NCBI GenBank assembly: GCA_964016885.1 | Contig: OZ024750.1 | Span: 1,116,001-1,180,000, forward strand | Length of the DNA stretch: 64,000 nt | Source of the DNA: Eledone cirrhosa | Lineage: Eukaryota | Direction: 5' to 3' | Part shown: piece after piece, positions 14,737 through 28,000 of the stretch | Position numbering within the stretch: position 1 is the first letter of the stretch | Layout: each line of letters starts with the position of its first letter | Translations under genes and position numbers: made by a program | The notes under the pieces: model-generated | The model's database searches: none | The model's input: the letters and a program-made list of their open reading frames with translations, nothing else | What the model was told of the DNA's origin: nothing

Positions 14737-14931
14737 CTGCGAGGACAACTCTGCGAGGACAACTCTGCGAGGACAACTCTGCGAGGACAACTCTGCTAGG
14801 ACAACTCTGCGAGGACAACTCTGCGAGGACAACTCTGCGAGGACAACTCTGCGAGGACAACTCTGCGAGGACAACTCTGCGAGGACAACTCTGCGAGGAC
14901 AACTCTGCGAGGACAACTCTGCGAGGACAAT
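14737..14931. repeat. 15-bp GC-rich minisatellite
   Basis: CTGCGAGGACAACT(C/T)-type unit, about 13 near-perfect copies. Confidence 0.9.
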
Positions 14932-15529
14932 TCTCTGCCTCATAGCTAAAACAATGCCTGCTGCTGACGGCATCGATGGCCGGAATAATCAAGTCATGTT
15001 GAAGGAATGCATGAGACGCTCAATAAAAGTCAGACTACTTAAACTGTCCAATAACAGTGATTACTGTGAGTAGTACTATTGTCTACTCCTTTTTTCTTTT
15101 TCTTTTATTCCTTTCGGAATTAAGGAACTCCATGTGCCCCCCCCCCCTTCTCCTTGGGACACAACATTCAAAAATCAAATTCGTTTTTCTCTATGACCGT
15201 TTCGAGGCCTCTCGGTGGCATACACATACATATATACAAACATAATACATACACACATACACTCGCAAATCTATCTATCTATCTATCTGTATGTGTGTAT
15301 GTGTATGTGTTTGTGAATGTGTGTGTATATTTATAGATATGTATATGTATGTAGGTATGTATGTATAATCACACATGCTTAAACATACATCAATATTGAA
15401 CGATTGTTTACGTATCAGCAAATTTACTTTTAATGTCGGCAAGTGTACAGATACACGCACACACACATGCACGAATGCACACACACATACATACCCTCAC
15501 AATCACAATATGAGACACATACACAATGC

Positions 15530-15587
<58 letters not shown>

Positions 15588-16402
15588 TGGCTGCCAACTC
15601 GTTTTCGAGTACGGCCACTACTTTATATCCATGTAGGAGAACTCCTACTGATGCGCTGAACGAGTGTGACTTTTTAGTCCTGCCTGCGACATGAAAACTC
15701 TGGTACAAACACTACACTTGTGACAATTATTGACACATAGTGCTGGGCCCATGGTACCATGTGACGACAAGTGCAGAGAGATCTCCAGATATAAAGCAAT
15801 GCCTGTGCCGTGAAGCTTTTATAGTGAGCAAAGGCACTGCACAAAGCCATATATGTATGTATATATATATATATACATATATATAAATAAATATATATAT
15901 ATATGTATGTGTACATATATATATATAGGTATACATATGTATACATATATATATATAAGTATACTTATGTATATATATATATGTATACATATAGATATAT
16001 ATGTATACATACGAGGCGAACTAGCCTGTCTTTAAATTCCATTTTTGGCATATTCTACAGTGGAATTTGTGGTTATCGTGTTTGAGCTCTGCTGATGAAC
16101 GGTTCCAACCGTGACCATCCCCACTGAAAGTTTCGCGAAATAGTCTTAAGACTATACAGAGCATTTGTAGTTTTTCCAAATTGAAGGATGAGTATTTAGA
16201 CTTTATTTTATTCAGAGTTAAGGCTCTATTGATTTTTCCCTGTATTTCACAAAATTCTATGGATTAATCTATGTCTTCATTCTTTTTTAATTGAGTTTGA
16301 ATTATTTTCCCACATCTTACGTTAACTATTTTCCATTTTGACGTTATAGTCACTTATATATTATGAAATACTGTTGGCTTCACGCTCACCATAATTTCTA
16401 TA

Positions 16403-16463
<61 letters not shown>

Positions 16464-16555
16464 ATACATATGTATATACATGCTCAAGTCCTAGCATATA
16501 TTCAAAATATCGTTACATACCTATGCAAACAGATAAGATAAATTCACACACACAC

Positions 16556-16598
<43 letters not shown>

Positions 16599-17029
16599 CA
16601 CACACACACACACACACTGACACAATCATATAGCGAGGGAAGACATGAATGTGTACTATACTACATACTGTTTATTCACATAATTTTCCATAAGAGGAAT
16701 CTGTCGAAGTGCTTTTTAGCTCTGCCATCATTTGTTTTAGGTGGAATAAGGAAGTAGAGAGAAATAAGCTGTCTTATATATTCCGAGAAACAGTCTAAAG
16801 AGAAGAGCGATAGGAAAGACGTGGATTCGTTGATCTTCTTTAAAGAGTAATATTAATATAATGATGTAGGTTTGGAGAGCAGGGAGGAGAGGAAGTAGGT
16901 TTGGAGAGCAGGGAGGGGGAGAGCAAGTACCGATGGGAACTAGACTGTGTCAAAACATATGGAGCTTCTTTACGGCTATAGTTACTTATGTTGTGAAGAG
17001 GTTGAACAACCTTCAGAATAACTAAGAAA

Positions 17030-17121
17030 GGTGATAGTAGAGATACTAGAGGTTATGGTGGTGGTGTGGTGGTGGTGGCGGTGTGGTGGTGTGGTGGTGG
17101 TGTGGTGGTGTGGTGGTGTGG

Positions 17122-17152
<31 letters not shown>

Positions 17153-18312
17153 GGTGATGGTGGTAGTGCTGGTGGTGATAGTAGAGATACTAGAGGTTAT
17201 GGTGGTGGTGTGGTGGTGGTGGTGGTGGTGTGGTGGTGTGGTGGTGATGGTGGTGGTGGTGGTGGTGGTGTGGTGGTGGTGGTGGTGGTGATGGTGGTAG
17301 TACTGGTGGTGATAGTAGAGATACTAGAGGTTATGGTGGTGGTGTGGTGGTGGTGGTGGTGTGGTGGTGTGGTGGTGATGGTGGTGGTGGTGTGGTGGTG
17401 TGGTGGTGATGGTGGTGGTGGTGGTGGTGGTGGTGGTAGTGCTGGTGGTGATAGTAGAGATACTAGAGGTTATGGTGGTGGTGTGGTGGTGGTGTGGTGG
17501 TGGTGGTGGTGTGGTGGTGATGGTGGTGGTGGTGGTGGTAGTACTGGTGGTGATAGTAGAGATACTAGAGGTTATGGTGGTGGTGTGGTGGTGGTTGTGG
17601 TGGTGTGGTGGTGTGGTGGTGGTGATGGTGGTGTGGTGGTGGTGGTGGTAGTGCTGGTGGTGATAGTAGAGATACTAGAGGTTATGGTGGTGGTGTGGTG
17701 GTGGTGGTGGTGGTGGTGGTGGTGGTGGAGGTGGTGGTGGTGATGGTGGTAGTGCTGGTGTGGTGGTGGTGGTGGTGGTAGTGGTGGTGGTGGTGGTGAT
17801 AGTAGAGATACTAGAGGTTATGACGGTGGTGCTGGTGGTGTGGTGGTGGTGGTGTGGTGGTGGTGGCGGTGTGGTGGTGGTGGTGGTAGTGGTGGTGGTG
17901 GTGGTGGTGGTGGTGGTGGTACTGGTGGTGGTAGTGGGTGGTGGTGGTAGTGGTGGTGGTGGTGGTGGTGGTGGTGGTGGTGGTGGTGGTAGTGGTGGTG
18001 GTGGTGGTGGTTGTGGTGGTGGTAGTGGTGGTGGTGGTGGTGGTGGTGGTGGTGGTGGTGGTTGTGGTGGTGGTGGTAGTGGTGGTGGTGGTGGTGGTGG
18101 TGGTAGTGGTGGTGGTGGTGGTGGTGGTGGTGGTGGTTGTGGTGTGGTGGTGGTGGTGGTACTGGTGGTGGTGGTGGTAGTGGTAGTAGTAGTGGAGGTG
18201 GTAGTAGTGGTGGTGGTGGTGGTAGTGCTGGTGGTAGTGGTAGTAGTAGTGGAGGTGGTAGTGGTGGTGGTGGTGGTATTAGTGGTGGTGGTGGTGGTTG
18301 TGGTGGTGGTGG
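17030..18312. repeat. (GGT)n tract with a recurring 25-bp anchor motif
   Basis: GATAGTAGAGATACTAGAGGTTATG occurs 7 times (17032-17822), separated by variable GGT/GT runs. Confidence 0.9.
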
Positions 18313-19076
18313 AAGGAAGACTGATTTGTATGTGTGTGCTTGAGTATGTATGTGTGTGAATATGTGTGTATATGTGTGTCTATAAGTGTGTATGTATGTA
18401 TGTGTGAGTGTGAGTGTGAGTGTGAGTGTATGTGTGTGTGTGTGTGTGAGAGTAAACTGGATTTGTTGAGGTTGTAGTAACGGTAAATATATCGAACCGT
18501 TGTTCTTTGACGACAAAGAACTTCTCAACAGTGACAGAGGCTTCAGTAGAACCGGATTCCTGGGAAGATGGCCGCTATGATGATGTGGGAGATGGTCACA
18601 TGTTGATATGTATGTGTGTGTGTGTGTATATATATATATATGTGTGTGTGTATGTGTGTGTATGTGTGTGTGTGCATGCGTATGTATGTGTGTGTGTGTG
18701 TATGTGTATGTGTGTGCATATGTGTGCGTACGTATGTATGTATGTCTCTGTGAGTGTTGGATAATGTGGTTGACTATGATGAGTGCAATGTATTAGTGAT
18801 GTTGATGATGACAATGGAGATGATTTCAGGAATGTTGTTGTGTGAAAACAAGATGGAGTTAAAGATTAAGACCAGAAAAAGGAGAAGGTACAAAAGAGAA
18901 CAGATAATCATTGTGGAGGTCACAGAATGTGTGACGAACGAACATTGATGAACTAACCAATAACTAATAATAAAGACAAAGTGAAAAGGTGTAAATCATA
19001 TGTTGTGTGTGTTTCTTTTTATTGGCAATAATAGCAACAAGACCATTCCCAAATATAACAAACTTCATGCAAGAAA

Positions 19077-19274
19077 TTCAAGGGTGGGTTTATAGGCTTC
19101 TATGTGATTCTAGTGATGCTAGAGATATGAAATCTTGAATGCATTAATTTCATCTCTCTTCATTAATAACTGCATTGTTTTTTTTTCCATGGACTATTTT
19201 GAAAGATAAACCTCATTTGGTCATTCCATGAGAGTATCTTGGTCAGCTTATGAGGTTTTCAGCCGACCCTCGTA
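19077..19274 (+). mobile_element. Mariner-type MITE copy
   Basis: Body CCTCATTTGGTCATTCCATGAGAGTATCTTGGTCAGC and right TIR TTTTCAGCCGACCCTCGTA. Confidence 0.75.
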
Positions 19275-19497
19275 AAGAGAATATGAAAAGGATAATCAGA
19301 AGGAATTAATGACGTCATTTCTTGGAATATAATATAAAGAATATGAGACATGGTTTAGGTATATGGGGGGGGGGGATTCTGTTGTGGCTTTATCACACGT
19401 CAGCTTAAATCATACATCGTGCAGTTATATAAATATAGGTATTCCTGGCATGAATATACCATATATATATATATATATATATATACCATATATATAT

Positions 19498-19695
19498 AAC
19501 GAAGGAAATGTGGTAAGGAACCAGATGGACCATAACGTACCAAAGTACTCAATACTTAGGGTAGTAGAGTGGGTAGTAGGAACGAGTAGGACCCCGACAG
19601 CTGAGCTCAAGCCGTTTCGACGGCTAAACATTTTTTTTAGTCCAGAATTAGCCGTCGAAACGGCTTGAGCTCAGCCGGCGGGGTCCTACTCGTTC
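19498..19695. mobile_element. Fold-back element family A copy
   Basis: Same leader; arms 19580-19627 and 19648-19695; between TA runs. Confidence 0.85.
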
Positions 19696-19764
<69 letters not shown>

Positions 19765-20233
19765 CCCTTCAATTCTATCATTCTCTATGATTGAAATACA
19801 GAAAGTTTTGCTGTTCAAGTTGATATAGAGAAGAGTGTTAATTAATGACAAACACAAAGACTCGCTGGTCTCTGGGAAGTTACTTTATTAGTTACTGTAT
19901 ATTAACTGCAAGTAATTATATATATTAAAGGTAGAGTGAGATTTCTGACAGACTGAACAAAGATATCAGATATGATAGATATACAGATGTTAGTAGTAGA
20001 GAAACCGTGAACTTCTATAATGATTGGCTATAGATAGTTTCTATACTACTTTAGAAAATACTGGGTAACATAGTTATATGTAAGTATGTATATCTAGGTG
20101 AATGGTGGACCCATATCTACTGAGGGGTTCGAAAGGGAGCCATAGTCATATACGGCGTGTCTTAAGGCATTTAAAAACCTGGCAGGGTCCATCTCTTCTC
20201 CTGGTCTAAATGTAATATTTTCTTCCAGTGAAG

Positions 20234-20322
<89 letters not shown>

Positions 20323-20729
20323 CAAGAGAGAGAAAATGAGACAGAGATATAGTCATATTGCAATATGAATCTTCCCAATGGATGATTCACAAACCTCTTA
20401 AAAGCCGGTTTCTCCAACACCTTTCATCTTAAAAATGAAGCGACCTATTGAATGGTTCGTTGGACCTCTTTAACACTTTAGTAGTCAGTCCGGCCAAACC
20501 CGGCTAGAACCGGTCAGAATTCTCTTTCTAATTTCTGTTCAAACCGGCTTTAGCCAGCCGTTTGTACCTATTTTAATATATCGTTCTAAAAATATACAAT
20601 AACGTCATCAAAATCTCGTTTACACGAGATAAAGCCTTTACCGCGAATATACAAAGTAAATATAGTAAAACTTGTGATAACATGTGTTGTTTTAATGCTA
20701 GAAGTAAGACCTATTTTTTATACATATGA

Positions 20730-20837
20730 ATACAGAATGTCCCCCTAAAAATGTATACACACTTTGATTACATGTACAGGCAATATTTATAAAAATGCTG
20801 TTGAAGTGTGTATACATTTTTGGGGACATCCTGTATA
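20730..20837. mobile_element. ~105-bp Tc1/pogo-like MITE (second copy at 54323-54432)
   Basis: TA-flanked TIRs TACAG..TGTCCCC.AAAAATGTATACACACTT / AAGTGTGTATACATTTTTGGGGACATCCTGTA. Confidence 0.75.
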
Positions 20838-21404
20838 TGTTTTTTCTATACAAATGTATGTAATCAAAAAATAACCTTTACCTTTCCTGCTCCCATAAAA
20901 TTATTTCATTATTGTCTAATGAAGGTAACCCATTCTAACCAAACTATCACATAACAACCCCTGTCCTTATAGCACTGTGTTCAACATCCAATCAACCCAG
21001 AATATTGATAAAGTCAAGTTTAATAAAAATGTGTTAAACAATGTATTCTTTCATTGTTTTTCTGGGAAAGTATGTTTTTTCTCTTTCCAAAATACTGCAC
21101 TAATTTAAATGATTACTCACAATTAATTATTTTTCTAATCAGTAACATTTTCCAATGTTTATTGCACTGCTTGGGGCTATACAATATTCTTAGTTTTTCT
21201 TTCACGAAATAATAAGAACTGATTTCTCCTGTTTCCCAGAGTGGGAAACAGGAGAAATTTGTATTTTTAAAGAAAAGTATTAGAAACAGCAACATAGCTT
21301 AGGAGCTTCTCGTTCAAGAGATGTTTGCCCCGGTTCTACTTAAGTTCAAAACTGCTTTCTAGAACTATGAACAAACATGGAAATAAATAGCATATGAATC
21401 TTAT

Positions 21405-22895
21405 CTTTCTACCTATCTACCTGTCTATCTATGTATCTATCTACCTGTCTATCTGTCTATCTATCTTATATATGTACCTGTCTACCTGTCTATCTGTCTA
21501 TCTATCTTATATATGTACCTGTCTACCTGTCTATCTGTCTATCTATCTTATATATGTACCTGTCTACCTGTCTATCTGTCTATCTATCTTATCTATCTAC
21601 CTATCTACCTGTCTATCTGTCTATCTATCTTATATATCTACCTATCTACCTGTCTATCTGTCTATCTATCTTATATATGTACCTGTCTACCTGTCTATCT
21701 GTCTATCTATCTTATATATGTACCTGTCTACCTGTCTATCTGTCTATCTATCTTATATATGTACCTGTCTACCTGTCTATCTGTCTATTATCTTATATAT
21801 GTACCTGTCCCACTTTTGTATTTGTACTTGTCCCACTTTTGATGCCCTAGTGGCAAATAAAAGAAACATATCTTATATATGTACCTGTCTATCTGTCTAT
21901 CTAACTTATATATGTACCTGTCTACCTGTCTATCTGTCTATCTATCTTATATATTTACCTGTCTACCTGTCTATCTGTCTATCTATCTTATCTATCTACC
22001 TATCTACCTGTCTATCTATCTTATATATGTACCTGTCTACCTGTCTATCTGTCTATCTATCTACCTATCTACCTGTCTACCTGTCTATCTGTCTATCTAT
22101 CTTATATATGTACCTGTCTACCTGTCTATCTGTCTATCTATCTACCTATCTACCTGTCTACCTGTCTATCTGTCTATCTATCTTATCTATCTACCTGTCT
22201 ACCTGTCTATCTGTCTATCTATCTTATCTATCTACCTGTCTACCTGTCTATCTGTCTATCTATCTTATATATGTACCTGTCTACCTGTCTATCTGTCTAT
22301 CTATCTACCTATCTACCTGTCTACCTGTCTATCTGTCTATCTATCTTATATATGTACCTGTCTACCTGTCTATCTGTCTATCTATCTTATATATGTACCT
22401 GTCTACCTGTCTATCTGTCTATCTATCTTATATATTTACCTGTCTACCTGTCTATCTGTCTATCTATCTTATCTATCTACCTATCTACCTGTCTATCTAT
22501 CTTATATATGTACCTGTCTACCTGTCTATCTGTCTATCTATCTTATATATGTACCTGTCTACCTGTCTATCTGTCTATCTATCTTATATATTTACCTGTC
22601 TACCTGTCTATCTGTCTATCTATCTTATCTATCTACCTATCTACCTGTCTATCTATCTTATATATGTACCTGTCTACCTGTCTATCTGTCTATCTATCTT
22701 ATATATGTACCTGTCTACCTGTCTATCTGTCTATCTATCTTATCTATCTACCTATCTACCTGTCTATCTATCTTATATATGTACCTGTCTACCTGTCTAT
22801 CTGTCTATCTATCTTATATATGTACCTGTCTACCTGTCTATCTGTCTATCTATCTTATATATGTACCTGTCTACCTGTCTATCTGTCTATCTATA
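21405..22895. repeat. CTAT/CTGT/CTAC-derived minisatellite, ~41-bp higher-order unit
   Basis: Recurrent unit ATGTACCTGTCTACCTGTCTATCTGTCTATCTATCTTATAT (e.g. 21472-21512), with variants. Confidence 0.9.
21810..21868 (+). mobile_element. Severely 5'-truncated 3' end of a related Tx1-like LINE inserted in the minisatellite
   Basis: CCACTTTTGTATTTGTACTTGTCCCACTTTTGATGCCCTAGTGGCAAATAAAAGAAA resembles the LINE terminus CCCTTTGTATTTGTCCCTTCTTTTTATGCCTTTATGGTAAATAAAGAAA (~28649-28698). Confidence 0.7.
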
Positions 22896-22905
22896 TATTA
22901 TTTCA
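22886..22905 (+). repeat. 5' copy of the 20-bp target-site duplication of the LINE (3' copy at 28699-28718)
   Basis: TCTATCTATATATTATTTCA is read identically on both sides of the element. Confidence 0.9.
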
Positions 22906-22940
22906 ATCTAGCTGTCGTCTGTTCTACAGTGTGGATGTCA
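22906..22940 (+). promoter_or_regulatory. Candidate internal Pol II promoter of the LINE (DPE-like GGATG at +28 to +32)
   Basis: Taking the TSD-defined first base 22906 as +1, GGATG lies at 22933-22937. This matches DPE consensus RGWYV at the canonical spacing. The motif is short, so partly inference. Confidence 0.4.
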
Positions 22941-23134
22941 TTCACTTCGCACAGAAGTTTTGTTCAAATTTATTGAGGAAATTTTGTGAGTTCAAACTTA
23001 ATTTTGATACAATTGTGTAGCTTGACCCTCCGTCTGAACTGTCAGGCGGTGGGTCAGCTCATCTTTACCCCTCCTAGAGGTGAAAAACCTGTTTTAAAAA
23101 ATTTTGTGTAAAAAATTTCAATCGTCTAACAGAA

Positions 23135-25016
23135 ATGTTAAACGCAGCGAACGAAAATAGTGGTGGGGGGACAGCGGTAAGAGTTGTAAGCTCGCACGCT
23201 TTAGTCCTCCCTTCCTTCCCAACTAACGTCATAGAGAAGGAAGGAAAAATGAAAATAAAAACGGACGAATCTGCGGAGGAAAAAAAATTAAATGACGAAA
23301 ACAACGAAAAAAAAAAATTTGAAAAATTGCATGACAATACTAATAACACAAACAAAGACACAACAAACAAAAAAATAACAGTTGAAAATAACATAATATC
23401 AGAAAACAAAGCAGACGACAAGATTTCTTTTGCACAGAAAACAAAGAAATCTTTGACTTATATAGCGGAAAACATTTCAGATGTGGTACGAAGGATCACG
23501 GACGCAAAACAATACATAAGTGAAGGTGAGAATGGTATTTTATTGGTAAAAATGCCTCAAGAATTCACGAAAGACATTGAAAGCCGAACGGTCAAGTTTC
23601 GGACCATCAACAACAGTACAAAAAAACCTGAACAGCCTTCTCAAGCAGATATCAAAACAGTACTCGCAGAAGTACTGAATGAAACAACTTTCATAAGAAA
23701 AGACAGACTGTATGGAAGCCTAGCAATTATCATGAAGAACGAATCGGCGGCAAAAAAATGTGCTTTGTCACCGATTCGTTCGAAAAATTTCACCTTTTAT
23801 CCATCTTATATGGGGAAAAAAACTCAACGCATATGGCTGGATGCAATGATGCCAGATGTGGACTACTGCTGGCTCATAGCTGGCTTCATCGATCCAGTGA
23901 ATGACAACGTGATTTCCATTGGGAAAACCACAGGCAATGCGTTCAGTGGAACAGGTATAGAGCTGGTAGTACAAATGAAGCCTGAACGCATCGCCCAAAT
24001 ACCCGACAGAATCCTATTAGAGGACCACGGGTATATAAACATTAGCGTGGAGGGGAGAAGGCCGTCCTGCCATATCTGTGCAGGCAGAGGGCACCTGAAG
24101 GCCGCTTGTCCCCAACTCAACAAAAAGAAAACCCTGCTACCAACACCAGCTCCACCACCACCACCACAACAGATAAACAAACAACAAAACTCAGTCCCAC
24201 CCAACCCGTCCCTCAGTAACACCACAACACCACCACAACACAAACAGTCACAACACATTACCCCAAAACAAAATACAGGCCCACCCAACCTCTCACTCAA
24301 TAAAACAACACAACCACCGCAGACACAACACACAACACAGTCTAACATAGTGACATCCATCTCCCCCACAAAGAAAACCAACACGGAAACATTACCAGCA
24401 AACATACCTCTTCCCTCCAACACTGAAGATAACCCAACGAATTCGGAGGAAGAAACGGAGTCCTTCAGACAGATTAAAAGGAAAAAAAGAAAACATGTGC
24501 AAAACACACAAGGACAAACAACCCCCACCCAAATCGCAACACAATCTAACAAAACAGAAAACACCCCTCCAGCAACAAACAAAACCAAACCTGCCCCTCC
24601 CCTCTTCGAAACACTCACACCATCGGAAAAAAAAGACATTACACTATACTTACATCAACAGAAACAATAATAAATTAAATGAACTCATATACAATAATCC
24701 TTCGGTACAAACCGAAGGTGTAAACTTTGTTTCATCAGAAAACCACCCACATTTAAAACTAATAAAAATCCCAATGAACCTCTACCAAAAACTAAAAAAG
24801 GATTTTAAGGAGGACGTAGGACCACCCTCTGTCAAACCCATAAACCGCGTCCTACTAAAAAGCTTTCCCCCTCCCCTTCCCCTCCCCAACACAACTCCAA
24901 ACACCCCAACCCCACCACACACCGACGACCCCACACCACCACAAGACACCCCTTCACCCAACACCCCCGACCCCATGGAAGTCGTGCAACCCGAACCCCG
25001 GGAAGCGGAAAGGTAG
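23135..25016 (+). CDS. LINE ORF1 (gag-like nucleic-acid-binding protein), broken by a +1 frameshift at the A8 run 24627-24634
   Basis: 511-aa ORF 23135-24670 with a CX2CX4HX4C knuckle (CHICAGRGHLKAAC) and a Pro/Thr/Gln-rich tail. Removing one A from the run joins it to the frame running to TAG at 25014-25016 (SEKK-TLHYTYINR...EPREAER*). Confidence 0.85.
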
Positions 25017-25049
25017 GTCTCTACACTCTCCTTTGGCTCTGCCGCCCAC

Positions 25050-28000
25050 ATGGATGTGTTAAGAGTAGGATGTTTGAATGCACGTGGCCTGGGCTCAACT
25101 TGGAAGCAAGCAAAGCTTCTAAATGACCTCAGGTCATGTAGTATAAATGTAATGGTTATCTGTGAGACTCGAATCAGCGTCATGCGGCAGCTGGCCCCCA
25201 CCTTCGATGACTTTGAGGTGCATGCATCTCTCTGTCAACCTGGAGGTGGGGGTGGGGTTGTCGTGCTGCTGCAAAAACACCTGGGTCTTGCCGTACAGGT
25301 TGTGCACTCGGACCCGGAGGGTCGTTTGTTGGTGCTAGACGTTGGCAGTAGTGAAAGTGCGGCCTTGAGACTGGTCGCCGTCTACTCCCCTTTCGGAGCT
25401 GAACGGCCCGACTTCTTCCAGCGTTTGGAGACTTTTCTGGGAACGTCGCGTTCCCTGCTTCTAGCGGGGGATTGGAATGACATCCTAGATGCACGTTGGG
25501 ACTATGCAGGAGCATGTCCTAATAGAGGGGGGTGTAACAGCCTCAAGGGGTTACTCGACCGTTTTAACTTGGTCGATAGATATCGACTAGATTTTCCAAC
25601 TGTGCCTACCTGGACTTGGAGAAACCACAGTGGTCAATCTAGATCGTACTTAGATAGATTCTTAGTTAGAAGTAAGGATAGGGACATATTAAGCTGTCCA
25701 GAAATGCGCACGGTTGGCTACACGGATCACAAATTAGTGACCTGCGTAATCTCGAGAAAACACATAGACAGGGTCCCGGTTACTGGAAACTTAATTTGGC
25801 TTTACCGGCAAAAGAGACTTACAGAAACCGGATTAGCAGATTAGTTAAGGAGAGGTTGACGGGTGCAATCGTCAACAACCGATGGTGGGCATCTCTCAAA
25901 AGAGAGATTAGAACAGAATCAATAAGTTATAGCAAGATGTTAGCTGCCAATAGGAATAGAAACGAGAAAGAATTAACAGGTAAATTAGAAGAGGCAATCA
26001 AGAGCGAAGATGTGGCCAGAGTGCTGGCATCGAGGACGGCCTTGAACCAGTTTTTCGATGCAAAGCATGAAGGCTGCGTCATTCGAAGTAAAATACGTGC
26101 TCTAGGTAATGAGGGGGCCAAAGCCGTTGGATGGGCCCGCGTGACAGAAGCTAAAAGTGGAAATCGATCCACCATCCGGTCGTTGCAAGACGAAGATGGA
26201 CGAGTGATCCGGGAGCCTAAGCAGATGTGCGAGGCCTTTCAAAAGCACTTTGCCCGATTGTTCGGGGGAGGCGAGGGTCCGGGCCGGGGCGTGGATTTCG
26301 GTCCATACCTCGACGGCCTGCCGCGTCTCTCGAACAAAGAGGCAGAGTCCTGCGAGGGACCAATCTCGGCTGATGAGATCGGAGATGCGCTGAGCCAATG
26401 CAGCAGACGCAAATCTCCAGGTCTCGATGGTATACCTTACGAACTTTATTTAGCAATGCCGGTCTTCTTCTCCGAACTCCTCGAAGCGGTCTACTGCAAT
26501 TGGCAGCAGAACGGGAGAATTCCTTGTTCTGTAGCCAAGGGCGTAGTCACGCTGGTGAGGAAGGACGAGAACAAGGGGGATAGTATAAATAATTTTCGGC
26601 CCATAACCCTGCTAAACACAGAGTTAAAGATTTTGGCCAAGGTGTTAGCAAAGAGGTTGGCGCTTGTCGTGGGTGGCCTGGTGGGAGATGCGCAGACATG
26701 TGCTATCCCATCCAGGTCCATTCACGATAACCTCCACCTCATGCGATACATCATAGAGAGGGTTGGCAACAAACCCGGCTTCGGTGGGGCCCTGATCAAC
26801 TTGGATCAGTCTAAGGCCTTCGATAGGGTCGACCATGGTTACCTGGATGCGGTGCTAGCGGCGGCTGGGTTCGGTCCTGTTTTCAGAGGCTGGATCACTG
26901 CCCTACATAGCAACCACATCTGTTCTAGGATCAAGGTGAACGGCTACCTTTCGAAGCCGTTCGAAATCACACGATCCATTCGACAGGGGTGCCCTCTCTC
27001 CTCCCTTCTGTACGTATTGACTCTCGAGCCTTTACTGAGGAAGTTGGAGTTGTTGCAGGGTATCCCCCTGGAACCAGGATTGAGCAAAGCGGTGTCGGCC
27101 TACGCCGATGACGTAACAGTAATGGTATCAACCGACTCGGAGATCGAGGCGATCGGTACCTTACTGGAGGAGTACGAAAGGTTGTCAGGAGCGAAACTGA
27201 ACCGGGAAAAATCCATCGGGCTGCAACTCGGAACGTGGAGAGGCAAACCGATGCCTCCTGACGGTGTCGTCGGACACTGGACGGAGGGCCCGGTAAAGTT
27301 GCTTGGGGTCTGGTTTGGACCGGACCTCCAGGTGGAAAAGAACTGGAACGAGGTTACGAACAAGGTGTTTGCACTAACCCAGAAATGGGCCAAGTGTAAG
27401 CTGTCCCTAAAAGGCCGGGCGGAGGTGGCGAACATTTACATAGCGTCCGTCACTTACTACCGCCTGACTGTCGTGCCTTGCCCTAAGGAAACACTCACCA
27501 CCATGGAACGCATGCTCTTCCAATTTCTTTGGAAGAAGCGTCCTCCTATGGTGAGAAGATCCATCTGCTGCCAACAACCTTCGAAAGGAGGGCTGGGGAT
27601 GCCGTGGTTGATGATGCGTAGGCACGCATTAAGGCTACGGCACCTACAGGTATTCCTCACTGGTCAACCGGTGTGGGCTCCGTTCGTGAAACGAGCCTTT
27701 CCGAGACTCGTCTCACTCACCGAGCTACAGTCCTGGGTCAAGCAAAGATCCGGAAAACTGGGAGACTGGCACACTGAGTGTGCTCAGGCGCTCAGGGCTC
27801 TCTGGCAAGCGGGCCGGGCCATCGGTGGAGAATCCACCTCATCATTCTATAGAGGGCTGGTGGCTAGCAGGGGCGATGACACCCTTGGAGAGTCGCTGGA
27901 CATGGAAGAAGACGAACTGGCCAGCCTGTTCGGTAGGACTTTCGGCCCAGGACCAATGGACAACTTCCAGAAGTCACTGGCCTGGCAGTGCTACCGAGGG

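Noticed and set aside
16091-16120. CTGATGA + hairpin as a hammerhead
   Set aside because: Followed by GACC rather than GAAA, and stems I and III cannot be formed.
17030-17825. CRISPR-like pattern of a 25-bp constant repeat with variable spacers
   Set aside because: Spacers are only (GGT)n variants, the context is eukaryotic and there are no cas genes; it is a compound minisatellite.
21394-23020. 505-aa and overlapping YLS-rich ORFs upstream of the LINE
   Set aside because: CTAT minisatellite translation; lies essentially outside the TSD-defined element.
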